Shown here: one piece after another, positions 27,858-37,085 of the stretch | How the letters are laid out: the number at the start of each line of letters is the position of its first letter | Position numbering within the stretch: position 1 is the first letter of the stretch | NCBI GenBank assembly: GCA_903831815.1 | Contig: CAIKZC010000001.1 | Location: 85,037 to 149,036, forward strand | DNA: 64,000 bases | Origin: an uncultured bacterium | GTDB taxonomy: Bacteria > Patescibacteriota > Minisyncoccia > Phycocordibacterales > UBA11359 | Direction of reading: 5' to 3' | Notes under the pieces: generated by a model | Database searches by the model: none | Told to the model about the DNA's origin: nothing | The model's input: only the letters and a program-made list of their open reading frames with translations | Position numbers and translations under genes: made by a program

Positions 27858-29072
27858 TTAGTACGCGACGCTGGCCTTATCGAACGCCTCAGCGATCCCG
27901 TTCGCGTTCGCGAGCACATCGTTAACGACGGCATAGCGAATATATGGATTGAACGGCACACCAAGCACACCAGTGTTCTCAAGCATAAGCCGATTGAAGT
28001 GCTCGGCATCTGTAATCACCTGGCCGAACGCCATCTTCGGCGTCTGCCAGAGAGTGAAGAAACCAGCCTGCGGGGTGACCGCGAGCTTCATTCCTCGCGG
28101 ACGCAAGATGCTGATCAAGGCACGGATGCGCTGATGATACAGCACCTGGGTCGCCTTGACCTCATCCATCCCATTTTCGAGTTGCTCGAGAATACCGATG
28201 GCGGCGAACGCGGCGAACCCGCTGTCTGCATCACCCTTGATGCGGGCGATGTCGTCAATGAAATCCGCGCTACCCACCATGGCACCAATTCGCCAACCAG
28301 TGAAGTTGCCGGCCTTGGAGGCCGAGAATGCTTCCGCCCAGGAAAGACCTGGGAATTGGCATGCGATTTGAGCAAGAGTCGGGTGACCAGATTCGTGAGT
28401 CACCAATGTGTAGGCCGCATCATTGACAAGCCTGATATCACGCTGTTGGCAATAACCGCACACGTGCCTGACCCAATCCTCATCCATCGCCCTCCCCGAA
28501 GGGTTGTGTGGAAAATTCATCATGACCAGACAGCGACCAACCTCCCGCTCCGTCGTGATTTGATCGAGCGTAAAAAGGAAACCGTTGTCTGGGCTCAACT
28601 TCAGAGCAACATGAGAAATATCGGAACCATACACCTCAGACCAATACGCCGGGGTAGGATAGCCGGGGTCGGTGCATGTGAACACTGTGAGATAAGGTGT
28701 GTCACGCGCCACCGCCCCACACGCGAGCGGAATGAGACCGAGCATCGGCTTGATGCCCGGAATCGGCAAATACCCCAAACCCTCAACATCGTCGAGGCAG
28801 TCGCCAACGTGGCAACGCACAAAACGCTTCGCGAAATCAGGAATCGGCAAACAGCCGTTGTCCTGGTATTCATGCATGTTCTGATCGCGCGACATCACCG
28901 CTTTCGCCGTGGCCTTGCAGGCCAGTTCGAGAGCCGGGCCACTTGGCTGACCGATCGAGAGATTGATGACCTTGACACCTTTCTCTTCGGCCGCTCTCCT
29001 TATGGCCTTGTTACGTTGAAACACGTTGCCCGGCGCAGCCGGCAACCACGATGTGAGAGTTGACTTCGCCAC
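27858..29072 (-). CDS. Class I/II aminotransferase, probable LL-diaminopimelate aminotransferase (DapL-like)
   Basis: PLP-Lys motif SASKAGNFTGWRIG; N-terminal NLSIGQP; adjacent to dapB and lysA. Terminator CCCGCCGTTTCCtcggAGGAAACGGCGGG at 27783-27812. Confidence 0.55.
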   Translation of the reverse strand: MAKSTLTSWLPAAPGNVFQRNKAIRRAAEEKGVKVINLSIGQPSGPALELACKATAKAVMSRDQNMHEYQDNGCLPIPDFAKRFVRCHVGDCLDDVEGLGYLPIPGIKPMLGLIPLACGAVARDTPYLTVFTCTDPGYPTPAYWSEVYGSDISHVALKLSPDNGFLFTLDQITTEREVGRCLVMMNFPHNPSGRAMDEDWVRHVCGYCQQRDIRLVNDAAYTLVTHESGHPTLAQIACQFPGLSWAEAFSASKAGNFTGWRIGAMVGSADFIDDIARIKGDADSGFAAFAAIGILEQLENGMDEVKATQVLYHQRIRALISILRPRGMKLAVTPQAGFFTLWQTPKMAFGQVITDAEHFNRLMLENTGVLGVPFNPYIRYAVVNDVLANANGIAEAFDKASVAY

Positions 29073-29199
29073 TGTGAGATCTCCTTAATTTGCAACGAAC
29101 CTTAACAGAGAAAAAGCCCTGTCAGCTTTATGGACAAAGTGTCCTACTTCCGGTTCAGAAACTAACATTTTAAGTGCAATGAGTCAATGTCTAACAAAA

Positions 29200-29232
29200 A
29201 ACCACCTTCGGCAGGTGGTTTTTTGTTTTTTA
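29200..29232. terminator. Bidirectional terminator downstream of rplE (AAAAAACCACCTtcggcAGGTGGTTTTTT)
   Basis: Same AAAAAACCACC...GGTGG form recurs at 43986-44012 and 56165-56200, each at an island junction. Confidence 0.6.
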
Positions 29233-29241
29233 AATTTTAAA

Positions 29242-29889
29242 TTATTTAGCAGGAGCTTCAGCGGTAAGAGGTTTTGCAGCTGCGCGAACTCGTTTACGTT
29301 TGGTGACTTCTCGTTTGTCGGCAACTTTCTTGAGAGGCATGCCAATGTGTCGGAGGAGTGCAATTGATTCTTCTTTAGTCTTTGCACTTGTGACAATCGT
29401 AACTGACATTCCAAAAACGTCTTTTAATTCTTCATCAGAAGTTTCCGGAAAAATAACGTGTTCACGAATCCCAACACTAAAGTTACCCATTTCATCAACA
29501 GAACCCGGATTAATTCCGCGGAAGTCTTTAGTTCGAGGAAAAGCGATGTGAATAAGTCGAGTTAGAAAATCTTCCATTCGTTTACCGCGGAGAGTTACTT
29601 GATATCCAACTGGGTCCCCTGCTCGAAGCTTGAAAGAAGCAATAGACTTTTTAGCGCTTCGTAGAGAGGCTTTTTGACCGGTAATTTGAGCGATACGATC
29701 TTCAACTAATTGGCTTTTCTTTTTATCCTTAAATGATCCGGTGCCAACAGAAACAATCACCTTAGTCACTTTAGGTGCTTGCATGACATTTTTGTAACCA
29801 AAAACTGGTTGTAATGCTTTGAAGGCGCTCTGTTGTTTTGCGTGTACGAGTTCCATGGTATTTAAATTACTTATCAGCTCGCTTCTCAA
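29242..29889 (-). CDS. rplE: 50S ribosomal protein L5 with a basic C-terminal extension
   Basis: Ribosomal L5 N-terminal and central consensus. Confidence 0.85.
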   Translation of the reverse strand: MRSELISNLNTMELVHAKQQSAFKALQPVFGYKNVMQAPKVTKVIVSVGTGSFKDKKKSQLVEDRIAQITGQKASLRSAKKSIASFKLRAGDPVGYQVTLRGKRMEDFLTRLIHIAFPRTKDFRGINPGSVDEMGNFSVGIREHVIFPETSDEELKDVFGMSVTIVTSAKTKEESIALLRHIGMPLKKVADKREVTKRKRVRAAAKPLTAEAPAK

Positions 29890-30118
29890 CGAGTTTTACA
29901 TTTGAAGCTGACATCGGGAAAGATTTGTCGATAACTTGTCCTTTTTTACCCTCTTGTCGTGCCTTAACATGTTTCTTGTGGACATTCATGCCTTCAACCA
30001 AAACTTTACCCATTTTAGGAAAAGCCCTAAGAACCTTGCCGGTCTTCCCCGCATCGGCTCCAATCATTATTTTTACTGTATCGTTTTTTCGAATATGCAT
30101 AAATGTAATATTAGACAA
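29867..30118 (-). CDS. rplX: 50S ribosomal protein L24
   Basis: KIMIGADAGKTGKVL...KMGKVLVEGMNV (KOW motif). Confidence 0.85.
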   Translation of the reverse strand: MSNITFMHIRKNDTVKIMIGADAGKTGKVLRAFPKMGKVLVEGMNVHKKHVKARQEGKKGQVIDKSFPMSASNVKLVEKRADK

Positions 30119-30482
30119 CTTCAGGCGCTAAAGATGCAATCTTTTGGAAACCCATTTCAGCGAGCTCACGTGGAAGAGGTCCGAAAACACGTCCAGCGAG
30201 TGGATCGGTCTTACCTTTTTCCAAAATCACCACTGCGTTCTCATCAAAACGAATATATGAACCGTCTTTTCGACGAAATTGTTTTTTCTGGCGAACGACA
30301 ACGGCATTTAAAACATCTTTCTTCTTTACGGCCTTGCGAGGATCAGCTTTTTGAACAGACAAAACAACCATTTCACCGATTTCGGCGTATCGTTTCTTGC
30401 TTGATCCGAGCACTTTAAAAATACGGCCAATTTTGGCTCCGGAGTTATCTGCAATTTTAACGATTGAACGTGGTTGGATCAT
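30111..30482 (-). CDS. rplN: 50S ribosomal protein L14
   Basis: MIQPRSIVKIADNSGAK... Confidence 0.9.
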   Translation of the reverse strand: MIQPRSIVKIADNSGAKIGRIFKVLGSSKKRYAEIGEMVVLSVQKADPRKAVKKKDVLNAVVVRQKKQFRRKDGSYIRFDENAVVILEKGKTDPLAGRVFGPLPRELAEMGFQKIASLAPEVV

Positions 30483-30487
30483 AAAAT

Positions 30488-30760
30488 TTATTTAACAATT
30501 TGAAAATGTTTGTCTTTTGAAATTGGTCGACATTCAACAATGGTGACCTTGTCCCCTATCTTTTTGGTATTGCCGACATCATGCGCTTTAAACTTTTTTC
30601 GCAAGTTGATGTACTTTTGATATTTTGGATGTTTAACATATCGCTCCACCAAAACCACACAAGTGTCTTTCATTTTGTCAGATGTGACAACACCATTCAA
30701 AGTTTTTGGCATACTTATTTTTGCGACTGGTGTATTTTTTTGTGAAGCAGTTTCTTTCAT
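30488..30760 (-). CDS. rpsQ: 30S ribosomal protein S17
   Basis: KTLNGVVTSDKMKDTCVVLVER... Confidence 0.85.
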   Translation of the reverse strand: MKETASQKNTPVAKISMPKTLNGVVTSDKMKDTCVVLVERYVKHPKYQKYINLRKKFKAHDVGNTKKIGDKVTIVECRPISKDKHFQIVK

Positions 30761-30765
30761 ATGAT

Positions 30766-30963
30766 TTATTTTGAAGCGTCCATCTTATTTTGCATTGAAA
30801 TTGCGGTCAAAACTCGAGCGATGTCTTTGCGAGCAGCCTTTCCTTCTTTAACATTCTTGACCTTGCCACCGGCAAAAGCGAATCGAAAATCGTGCAAAGC
30901 CTTTCGTTTCTCAACGAGAAGTCTCTTTAATTCATCTCTGGTTTTGCCCTTAATTTCGTTCAT
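30766..30963 (-). CDS. rpmC: 50S ribosomal protein L29
   Basis: 65 aa; ...RDELKRLLVEKRKALHDFRF... Confidence 0.8.
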   Translation of the reverse strand: MNEIKGKTRDELKRLLVEKRKALHDFRFAFAGGKVKNVKEGKAARKDIARVLTAISMQNKMDASK

Positions 30964-30984
30964 GGTCTATGGTTTATACTACTT

Positions 30985-31407
30985 TTAACCGATTCGCGCA
31001 ACAATCTTGGTTTTGACTGGCATTTTGGTGCCGGCCTTTCGAAGTGCTTCGTGGGCGGTCTTTTCGTCTACACCGTCAACTTCGTACATAACTCGGCCTG
31101 GGCGAACCTCAAATTCATAGCCCTGAACATCTCCTTTTCCTTTACCCATTTTCACTTCGGCCGGTTTTTGAGTGTAAGGACGATCCGGGAAAATGCGAAC
31201 CCAAACTTTACCGGTTTTGCCGGCGAAGTGAGTAAGCGCCTTTCGGCCAGCTTCGATTTGCTGTGAAGAAACTCGGCAGTGAGTGATAGCTTTTAGACCA
31301 TAAGATCCGAAGGCTACAGTTGTGCCTCGTGTCTCAGCAGTACGTCGAGTTTCATGTCGACGACCGGTCTGCCATTTTCGAAATTTTACTTTTTTAGGGG
31401 TAAGCAT
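30985..31407 (-). CDS. rplP: 50S ribosomal protein L16
   Basis: MLTPKKVKFRKWQTGR... Confidence 0.9.
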   Translation of the reverse strand: MLTPKKVKFRKWQTGRRHETRRTAETRGTTVAFGSYGLKAITHCRVSSQQIEAGRKALTHFAGKTGKVWVRIFPDRPYTQKPAEVKMGKGKGDVQGYEFEVRPGRVMYEVDGVDEKTAHEALRKAGTKMPVKTKIVARIG

Positions 31408-31416
31408 GATAGTATT

Positions 31417-32076
31417 TTATTTCTTTTCAAAAACTTCACCGCGGTAAATCCAAACCTTGATACCGATTTGACCATAAGTCATATGGGCTTTCTCTCGAGC
31501 GAAATCAATGTCAGCGCGAAGTGTCTGTAAAGGCACTTGTCCTTTCTTTAACTCCTCTGTGCGGGCCATTTCAGCTCCACCAAGTCGGCCACCCAAGTAA
31601 ATCTTGATTCCTTTAACCTCGCGGTTAGCCATAACTTTTTCAAGCATTTGTTTAACGACACGTCGGAAAGGCAAACGTTTTTCAAGTCCTTCAGCTACCA
31701 TTTGGGCAACAATTGCAGCGTTAGCTTCTGGGTTTTTAACTTCCTCAACATCAATTTTCAATTCTTCTTTAACCACAATCTTTTGTCGTTTGATGAAAGT
31801 TTCAATATCAGCTCGAAGTTTAGTCATGCCCTCACCTGATCGGCCAATGATCATACCTGGACGAGAAGATTTGATGATGATGCGCAAAGTTTTCTGACCG
31901 CGTTCCATTTCGACAGCGGCTACGTAGTTGCCGCGAAGTTTTTTCACAATAAATTCGCGAAGCAAAACGTCACACTTCAAAAATTGCTGGTACTTGCCGT
32001 TAGGAGCAAACCATCGGCTTTTCCAACCTCGCAAGATTCCAATTCTATGTGAATATGGGTGTACGGTGTGTGACAT
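31417..32076 (-). CDS. rpsC: 30S ribosomal protein S3
   Basis: KH domain and S3 C-terminal domain; HPYSHRIGI... Confidence 0.9.
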   Translation of the reverse strand: MSHTVHPYSHRIGILRGWKSRWFAPNGKYQQFLKCDVLLREFIVKKLRGNYVAAVEMERGQKTLRIIIKSSRPGMIIGRSGEGMTKLRADIETFIKRQKIVVKEELKIDVEEVKNPEANAAIVAQMVAEGLEKRLPFRRVVKQMLEKVMANREVKGIKIYLGGRLGGAEMARTEELKKGQVPLQTLRADIDFAREKAHMTYGQIGIKVWIYRGEVFEKK

Positions 32077-32077
32077 G

Positions 32078-32545
32078 TTATTTTTTTGCGGCTTTAGCCG
32101 GTGCTTTGGTAACTTTTGGCGCTTTTACAGCCTTCACTTCAGCCTTATTCTCAGCCATTTTAGCGACTTTGGCGTTTTTCTTAACTTTTGGAGCCTTAAC
32201 ATCCAAAGTAATGGTAACAGTAGAAGTATGTTTGTGAATAGGAAAACCACGTCCGCGGGCCATAGGCATCATGCGTTTTAGAATTGGTCCTTTATCAACA
32301 GTAATCCCCTTTACGATTAGATTGGTCTCGTCAACGCTCAAACTTTTGGCATTTGCGATGGCAGATTTCAAAAGTTTAAGAATTGGGTCAGCTGCGTCTT
32401 TAGGGGTAAACATCAAGGTAGAAACCGCAGTCATAATTGGCTTACCTTTAATAAGATTCGCAACACGGCGAACTTTTCGAGGAGATTGTCGATAATTTGT
32501 AAGGGTAGCGGTAACCATAATATTATGCGGCTTTCTTTTCTTCAA
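32078..32545 (-). CDS. rplV: 50S ribosomal protein L22 with an Ala/Lys-rich C-terminal tail
   Basis: ...[22 protein letters not shown]... Confidence 0.85.
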   Translation of the reverse strand: MKKRKPHNIMVTATLTNYRQSPRKVRRVANLIKGKPIMTAVSTLMFTPKDAADPILKLLKSAIANAKSLSVDETNLIVKGITVDKGPILKRMMPMARGRGFPIHKHTSTVTITLDVKAPKVKKNAKVAKMAENKAEVKAVKAPKVTKAPAKAAKK

Positions 32546-32870
32546 CCGAGGCTTTAGCGGCCTGAGCTGCGGCCATCTCGGACTCTTTCTTCTTCATTTC
32601 AAGCTCCTTCTGCATACGACCTCCGTGTCTTAAGAAGACTTTAGTAGGAGAAAATTCACCAAGTCGGTGACCTACCATTTCTTCTGATACAAGGACATCG
32701 ATATGTTTCTTGCCATTGTACACACCAAAGGTAAAACCAACCATTTCTGGAGAGATTTGACTGCGTCGGTACCATGTCTTAATAACGCCAGTTTCAATTG
32801 GGCGTTTTCCCGCAATCTTCTTGAGAAGCTTGGGTTCGACGAATGGTCCTTTCTTTAGTGATCGTGCCAT
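32523..32870 (-). CDS. rpsS: 30S ribosomal protein S19
   Basis: [18 protein letters not shown]... Confidence 0.9.
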   Translation of the reverse strand: MARSLKKGPFVEPKLLKKIAGKRPIETGVIKTWYRRSQISPEMVGFTFGVYNGKKHIDVLVSEEMVGHRLGEFSPTKVFLRHGGRMQKELEMKKKESEMAAAQAAKASVEEKKAA

Positions 32871-33008
32871 GGTGAAAATAAAAAGCCCCTAAGGCCTTGA
32901 TGTAGAATACTATACAAAAGGAGAAAATAAGTCAATACGGCAAACAATATAAAAGCTACAGGCAAAGACTTTGCCTTTCGCCTTATATAAGCTGAGATAA
33001 AATCTTTT

Positions 33009-35552
33009 TTATAGAGGAGAAATTCCGAAGCCGGCGCCGAGGTAGTTGACGATATTTCGAGCTTCAAGTTCCGGGCGCCACGTAGCTTGCGATTGCAATC
33101 TCTCGGCGCCGATAAGTGAACTTAAAGTAGCTGATCCACCAATTGAAGCGCTGTAACTTTCGACGGTGCGAGAAACATCAGGGAAAGTAACCGCTTGTGA
33201 CACCGCACCAGTTTCTTTAGAAAGAGTCAGCCAATTGGTAAATGATTTTGGTGCATCCTGAATCATGAACCAATTTGATGCTGCGGCATTAGTGTAATAT
33301 GTGTTGTTGCTGAATGTTGCTCTAGCGGTTGACAATACTCCTTCAGAAGATACGGATGGAGATTGATAAAGCTTATCCTGGAATTTATTTCCAATAACTT
33401 GAATGTTTGTGAGTGGTCCGGCACTCAGCCCCACGAAACCTTGATTCCAATTGTAGAGAACGTTGTTTGAAATGGTGACATTCTGACTGGCCACAATACT
33501 TTCCAATCTGATACCGAAACTTGTTCCATTATTTGGTTTGTTTAGAAGCAAGTTGTTTGTAATGAGACCGCCATTGATACTTCCTAGATCAATTCCATAA
33601 CTTTGATCGGCTCCACCCAGCACTCTTCCTGTTTCAGTTAGCACATTATTCCGAATTGTGGCATCAATTGCACCATACTGAACCGAGGCTCCTTCTCCGG
33701 TTTTTGCGCCAACCGACATACTATTGCCGTTTGCGGCGAGAAGATTATTTTCGATCAGAACATGATTGGTTAGATTAGCGCCATTTTCGCTTCGCACCAA
33801 TATACCCTCACTTGAGGCATTAGAAATAATGTTATTTCTAATCGTGAGGTTCGTCATGTCATCCAGATACATATTGTGACTACGATCATCAGGCACTTGG
33901 AAACCGGTTTTCCAACCATTATGATCGATCACGTTAAATTCAATCAACATACCGTCAGCCGTTGAAGCAAAAATACCTTGCGATTTTGGTCCTCCAGCAT
34001 TGTAAGCATCAAGAATTCTGGAGCCGCGAATTGTGACGTGACTTGGACCTTTAGATGCATTTAGAGATGTGTCAGGTTCAGCTACAAAGTTATCAATAAA
34101 TCCTTCAATCGTACAATTTTCAACTAAGAAATTATTGCCCGAACCGTAAATGAAGATTCCTGTACCGTTTCCTTGACCTACGAGATGAAGTCCGACCATC
34201 GCAACGTTACTGGTGTTAAGTCCGTAAAAGTTTATGCCATTGTTATCCGCCGTTTCCGAAATAATCGGCTGTGCTCCGGTGCCGTAACTTGAAATTAACA
34301 TTTGCGCTGTAGCCAGTCCGGATTTTCGCCAACTGAAACTTTCATTTGTCCATGTGTCCCCTGCTTTGAGAAGCAACCAGTCCGGATAACCGTCACGAAT
34401 TAAAGAATATCCTTTGGCCAGTGTTTTTACCGGATGAGCTGAATCAAGGCCGGTATTGCTATCATTTCCTCCCGAACTACTGACATAGATTTTCTGAGTA
34501 TTGGCAGCGGCAGTGAAAGTTGTCCAGGTTACAGCGCCAGTTGAAGTTGGTGGCGGAACAACTGGTGGCGGAACAACCGGAGGAGCATACGTGCAAGATT
34601 GAGAGGTGACAGGTGTTCCTGTGCAACCAGCTGGAGCTGAAGTATATGTTCTGGTCTGTGTGTTATTTGACTGACAATCACTCCAAGCACCGTAAGTGTA
34701 TGTGCAAGCCTGTACCGGCGGAACATAAGTACAAGATTGTGACGTCACCGGAGTGCCCGTGCAACCCGTTGGAGTTGACGAAGCGACCGTACGAGTTTGA
34801 GTACTGTTTGATGCACAAGTTCCCCATGCACTGTAAGTATAAGTACAAGCTGAAGGAGGAGTAGTTGTCGAAGATTGATAATCAAAAACCACATCAACCC
34901 AATAATTTCGATTATTCCAAGTACTGGTCGGGAAAGTGTTTATATTGTAAACATAAACTCCGTTAGGTCCATTTTTTGTATTACTTGCCAGAGCGCGAAT
35001 AACTCCATTTTTATGAACAGTGCTGAAATAATTAGAATTTACGGCATAGAAACCGTTTGATGTAGAATACGAAGCGATATAAGGAGTATTGGCGGCAATT
35101 GCTATAGGCGTAGAGAAATTGGCGCTTTGCCATCCGGAAGCAGTTTCATTGATAAAAGTTACTGATCCAAGGAGAGCTCCTGTTGTTGTCCAAAGATGAC
35201 CGACGTGAGTGCCGGTATCACCCGGAATTTTATAAAATTGAATTTGTCTGATGTTTCCCGGGACATCGGTGCGAATTCTGACACCCAACTCAACCGGTTT
35301 ACCTGAACCAGTCTCGGAAGGTTTAACCGTATTGTCCCAAAGCTCAGCGGTACTTATCACAGGAGCAGGCGCGCTCTGTGTATTTGTGACCAAAGTCTCC
35401 GTTTGAGGAGTAACTCCATAGAACAAAGCGGCTGTCTGTTCTTGTAAGGCCGGAATTCCGGTATACAGTACATATGCAGCTATAGATATTACGAGCAAAA
35501 CGAAAACCCAGAGAAGAAGACGTTTCATATATTTATTTAAAAAAACGAGCAT
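33009..35552 (-). CDS. Large cell-surface protein: N-terminal TM anchor, two tandem Cys-rich 47-aa repeats, PPVVPPP linker, and right-handed parallel beta-helix (pectin-lyase-fold) repeats
   Basis: 847 aa. Repeated (I/V)xNN(L/V/I) beta-helix rungs (IRNNIISNA, IENNLLAANG, IRNNVLTETG, ITNNLLLNK, ISNNVLYNW). Two 141-nt tandem DNA repeats at about 34570-34850. Confidence 0.65.
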   Translation of the reverse strand: MLVFLNKYMKRLLLWVFVLLVISIAAYVLYTGIPALQEQTAALFYGVTPQTETLVTNTQSAPAPVISTAELWDNTVKPSETGSGKPVELGVRIRTDVPGNIRQIQFYKIPGDTGTHVGHLWTTTGALLGSVTFINETASGWQSANFSTPIAIAANTPYIASYSTSNGFYAVNSNYFSTVHKNGVIRALASNTKNGPNGVYVYNINTFPTSTWNNRNYWVDVVFDYQSSTTTPPSACTYTYSAWGTCASNSTQTRTVASSTPTGCTGTPVTSQSCTYVPPVQACTYTYGAWSDCQSNNTQTRTYTSAPAGCTGTPVTSQSCTYAPPVVPPPVVPPPTSTGAVTWTTFTAAANTQKIYVSSSGGNDSNTGLDSAHPVKTLAKGYSLIRDGYPDWLLLKAGDTWTNESFSWRKSGLATAQMLISSYGTGAQPIISETADNNGINFYGLNTSNVAMVGLHLVGQGNGTGIFIYGSGNNFLVENCTIEGFIDNFVAEPDTSLNASKGPSHVTIRGSRILDAYNAGGPKSQGIFASTADGMLIEFNVIDHNGWKTGFQVPDDRSHNMYLDDMTNLTIRNNIISNASSEGILVRSENGANLTNHVLIENNLLAANGNSMSVGAKTGEGASVQYGAIDATIRNNVLTETGRVLGGADQSYGIDLGSINGGLITNNLLLNKPNNGTSFGIRLESIVASQNVTISNNVLYNWNQGFVGLSAGPLTNIQVIGNKFQDKLYQSPSVSSEGVLSTARATFSNNTYYTNAAASNWFMIQDAPKSFTNWLTLSKETGAVSQAVTFPDVSRTVESYSASIGGSATLSSLIGAERLQSQATWRPELEARNIVNYLGAGFGISPL

Positions 35553-35700
35553 TAAACACTATTAATACTTTAATTGTATACTTGTCAAATATTTAGGCTA
35601 CGCAAGTTATCCACAGGGGGGATAAAATGTTTTATTTAAAAAAACTCCGCATAATCGTCTTTTGGACTTTTACACGGAGACCTTTCCTTCCAGCGAACGA

Positions 35701-36315
35701 TCATGTTCTGACAACGGTGCCCAAAAATTCATCCAGCTCAGCTTGTTCTTCAGGACCGATTTTTGACCCCTCATCGATCATGAGCAACAAATTCCCCTCT
35801 TGGAACGCGATTCTCCTCTGCGGTTTCTGTTCGATAGAACCGATGAGAATGATCTTTACGTTCGGCACAGGCGCATCATAACGACGGCAATGAGAAAGAC
35901 AGAAAGTTGTCGAAAGTAGGATACCCCCAAGCTCCTCCAATTGAGGCTCTGCAAGTTGTACCCACCGGTTTTCGTCACGCTCTTGCTGTTCGGGTCTCGC
36001 GAATTCGAGCCTGACCACGTAACCAAAACCCATCCCACGATGCTTCTCGGGATAGACGTGCGCCAAAACAAAACCTGCCTGCTCCATCTCACGCAAGATC
36101 CCCGAAGCAGTGACCCGCCTCTGCATTCCCCATATCTGCTGAGGTGCAGGATAGAGGATGACCTTCTCCGATCGTGGAACCGGTATGCCGTTTACGATGG
36201 CATACTGAAAAGTCTTCAGGGCGCCAACTGTTTCTTCCCCGCCCATAAAATAGACGGAGACGGCGCCAATATCGGCCAAACTCACACCATTGAGACACAT
36301 CATGACTAACCTCAT
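35701..36315 (-). CDS. Hypothetical protein (204 aa) in a GC-rich patch
   Basis: Continuous ORF spanning a region with GC well above background. No confident motif. Confidence 0.4.
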   Translation of the reverse strand: MRLVMMCLNGVSLADIGAVSVYFMGGEETVGALKTFQYAIVNGIPVPRSEKVILYPAPQQIWGMQRRVTASGILREMEQAGFVLAHVYPEKHRGMGFGYVVRLEFARPEQQERDENRWVQLAEPQLEELGGILLSTTFCLSHCRRYDAPVPNVKIILIGSIEQKPQRRIAFQEGNLLLMIDEGSKIGPEEQAELDEFLGTVVRT

Positions 36316-36390
36316 ATGAAAAGACCTTAATTAGAACTCTTTCGAGAAATTATCACTAAATATCAAATTCGTCAAACGGAAACACAAAAC

Positions 36391-37038
36391 CTATTCATGA
36401 AATCCAATTTTTTCTTTTTTCGGTTCTTCCGGTTCCTCCAGTACCGGTTTCTTCAGCCGTTCTAATGATTCCACGGATTCCGCCAGTTTCTCTATAACAC
36501 CAAACACGATTTGAAAATTTTCGCCATATTTTTTCTCCAAATCATCCAGGCGATGAGCGAGTTCGCTATTCAGAGACAAAATCTGGCGCAATTTCACAAA
36601 AGTTTTAATGATGGCAATGCTCATGGCCACTGCCCGCGGGCTATTAAGCACCGTAGCGGCCATAAGCGCACCGTGTTCGGTAAAGGCGTAGGGTAAGAAA
36701 CGACGTTTGCTAAAATTTGCGGTTCCAAATTGGAACCGCAAATTTTGACCCTTTTTCAAGGTCGCAATTTGCGACCTTGAAACCTGATCTTCGTTCAAGG
36801 TTCCAATTTGGAACCTTGAACGAAGATACTCTGCTTCACTTTTTGTAAGCTGAAACATAAATTCTGCAGGAAAACGATCAATATTACGTTGTACCGCCTT
36901 ATTTAAATTCTTTGTCTTTACTCCATACAAACTCGCCAAATCACTGTCCAAAATCACCTTTTGATTACGAATAATTAAAATTATCTGCTCCACCCTCTCC
37001 TCCGGCGCAAGACCCACGCCATTGATATTTTTGTTCAT
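36391..37038 (-). CDS. ORF6N-domain (KilA-N-like) protein, paralog 1, with an in-frame roughly 120-nt palindromic expansion
   Basis: ...IRNQKVILDSDLASLYGVKTKNLNKAVQRNIDRFPAEFMFQLT...RFLPYAFTEHGALMAA... is the ORF6N signature. It carries an extra segment QIGTLNEDQVSRSQIATLKKGQNLRFQFGTANFSK relative to paralog 2 (55468-55974). Confidence 0.75.
   Translation of the reverse strand: MNKNINGVGLAPEERVEQIILIIRNQKVILDSDLASLYGVKTKNLNKAVQRNIDRFPAEFMFQLTKSEAEYLRSRFQIGTLNEDQVSRSQIATLKKGQNLRFQFGTANFSKRRFLPYAFTEHGALMAATVLNSPRAVAMSIAIIKTFVKLRQILSLNSELAHRLDDLEKKYGENFQIVFGVIEKLAESVESLERLKKPVLEEPEEPKKEKIGFHE
36710..36827. repeat. Three consecutive long palindromes (35, 29 and 41 nt) inside the ORF6N paralog-1 CDS
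   Basis: aaaatttgcGGTTCCaaattGGAACCgcaaatttt; tttcaaGGTCGCAAtttGCGACCttgaaa; atcttcgttcaaGGTTCCAAtttGGAACCttgaacgaagat. Confidence 0.8.
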
Positions 37039-37085
37039 GCCAAAAGCCTAACAAATGGAGATAAAATATTAATAAAATCCAGCTA

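Noticed and set aside
27999-29063. 354-aa plus-strand ORF antisense to the aminotransferase gene, and 26862-27560 + antisense to lysA.
   Set aside because: High-GC regions generate long antisense ORFs. The sense genes have clear PLP-enzyme motifs and the antisense translations are Arg/low-complexity rich.
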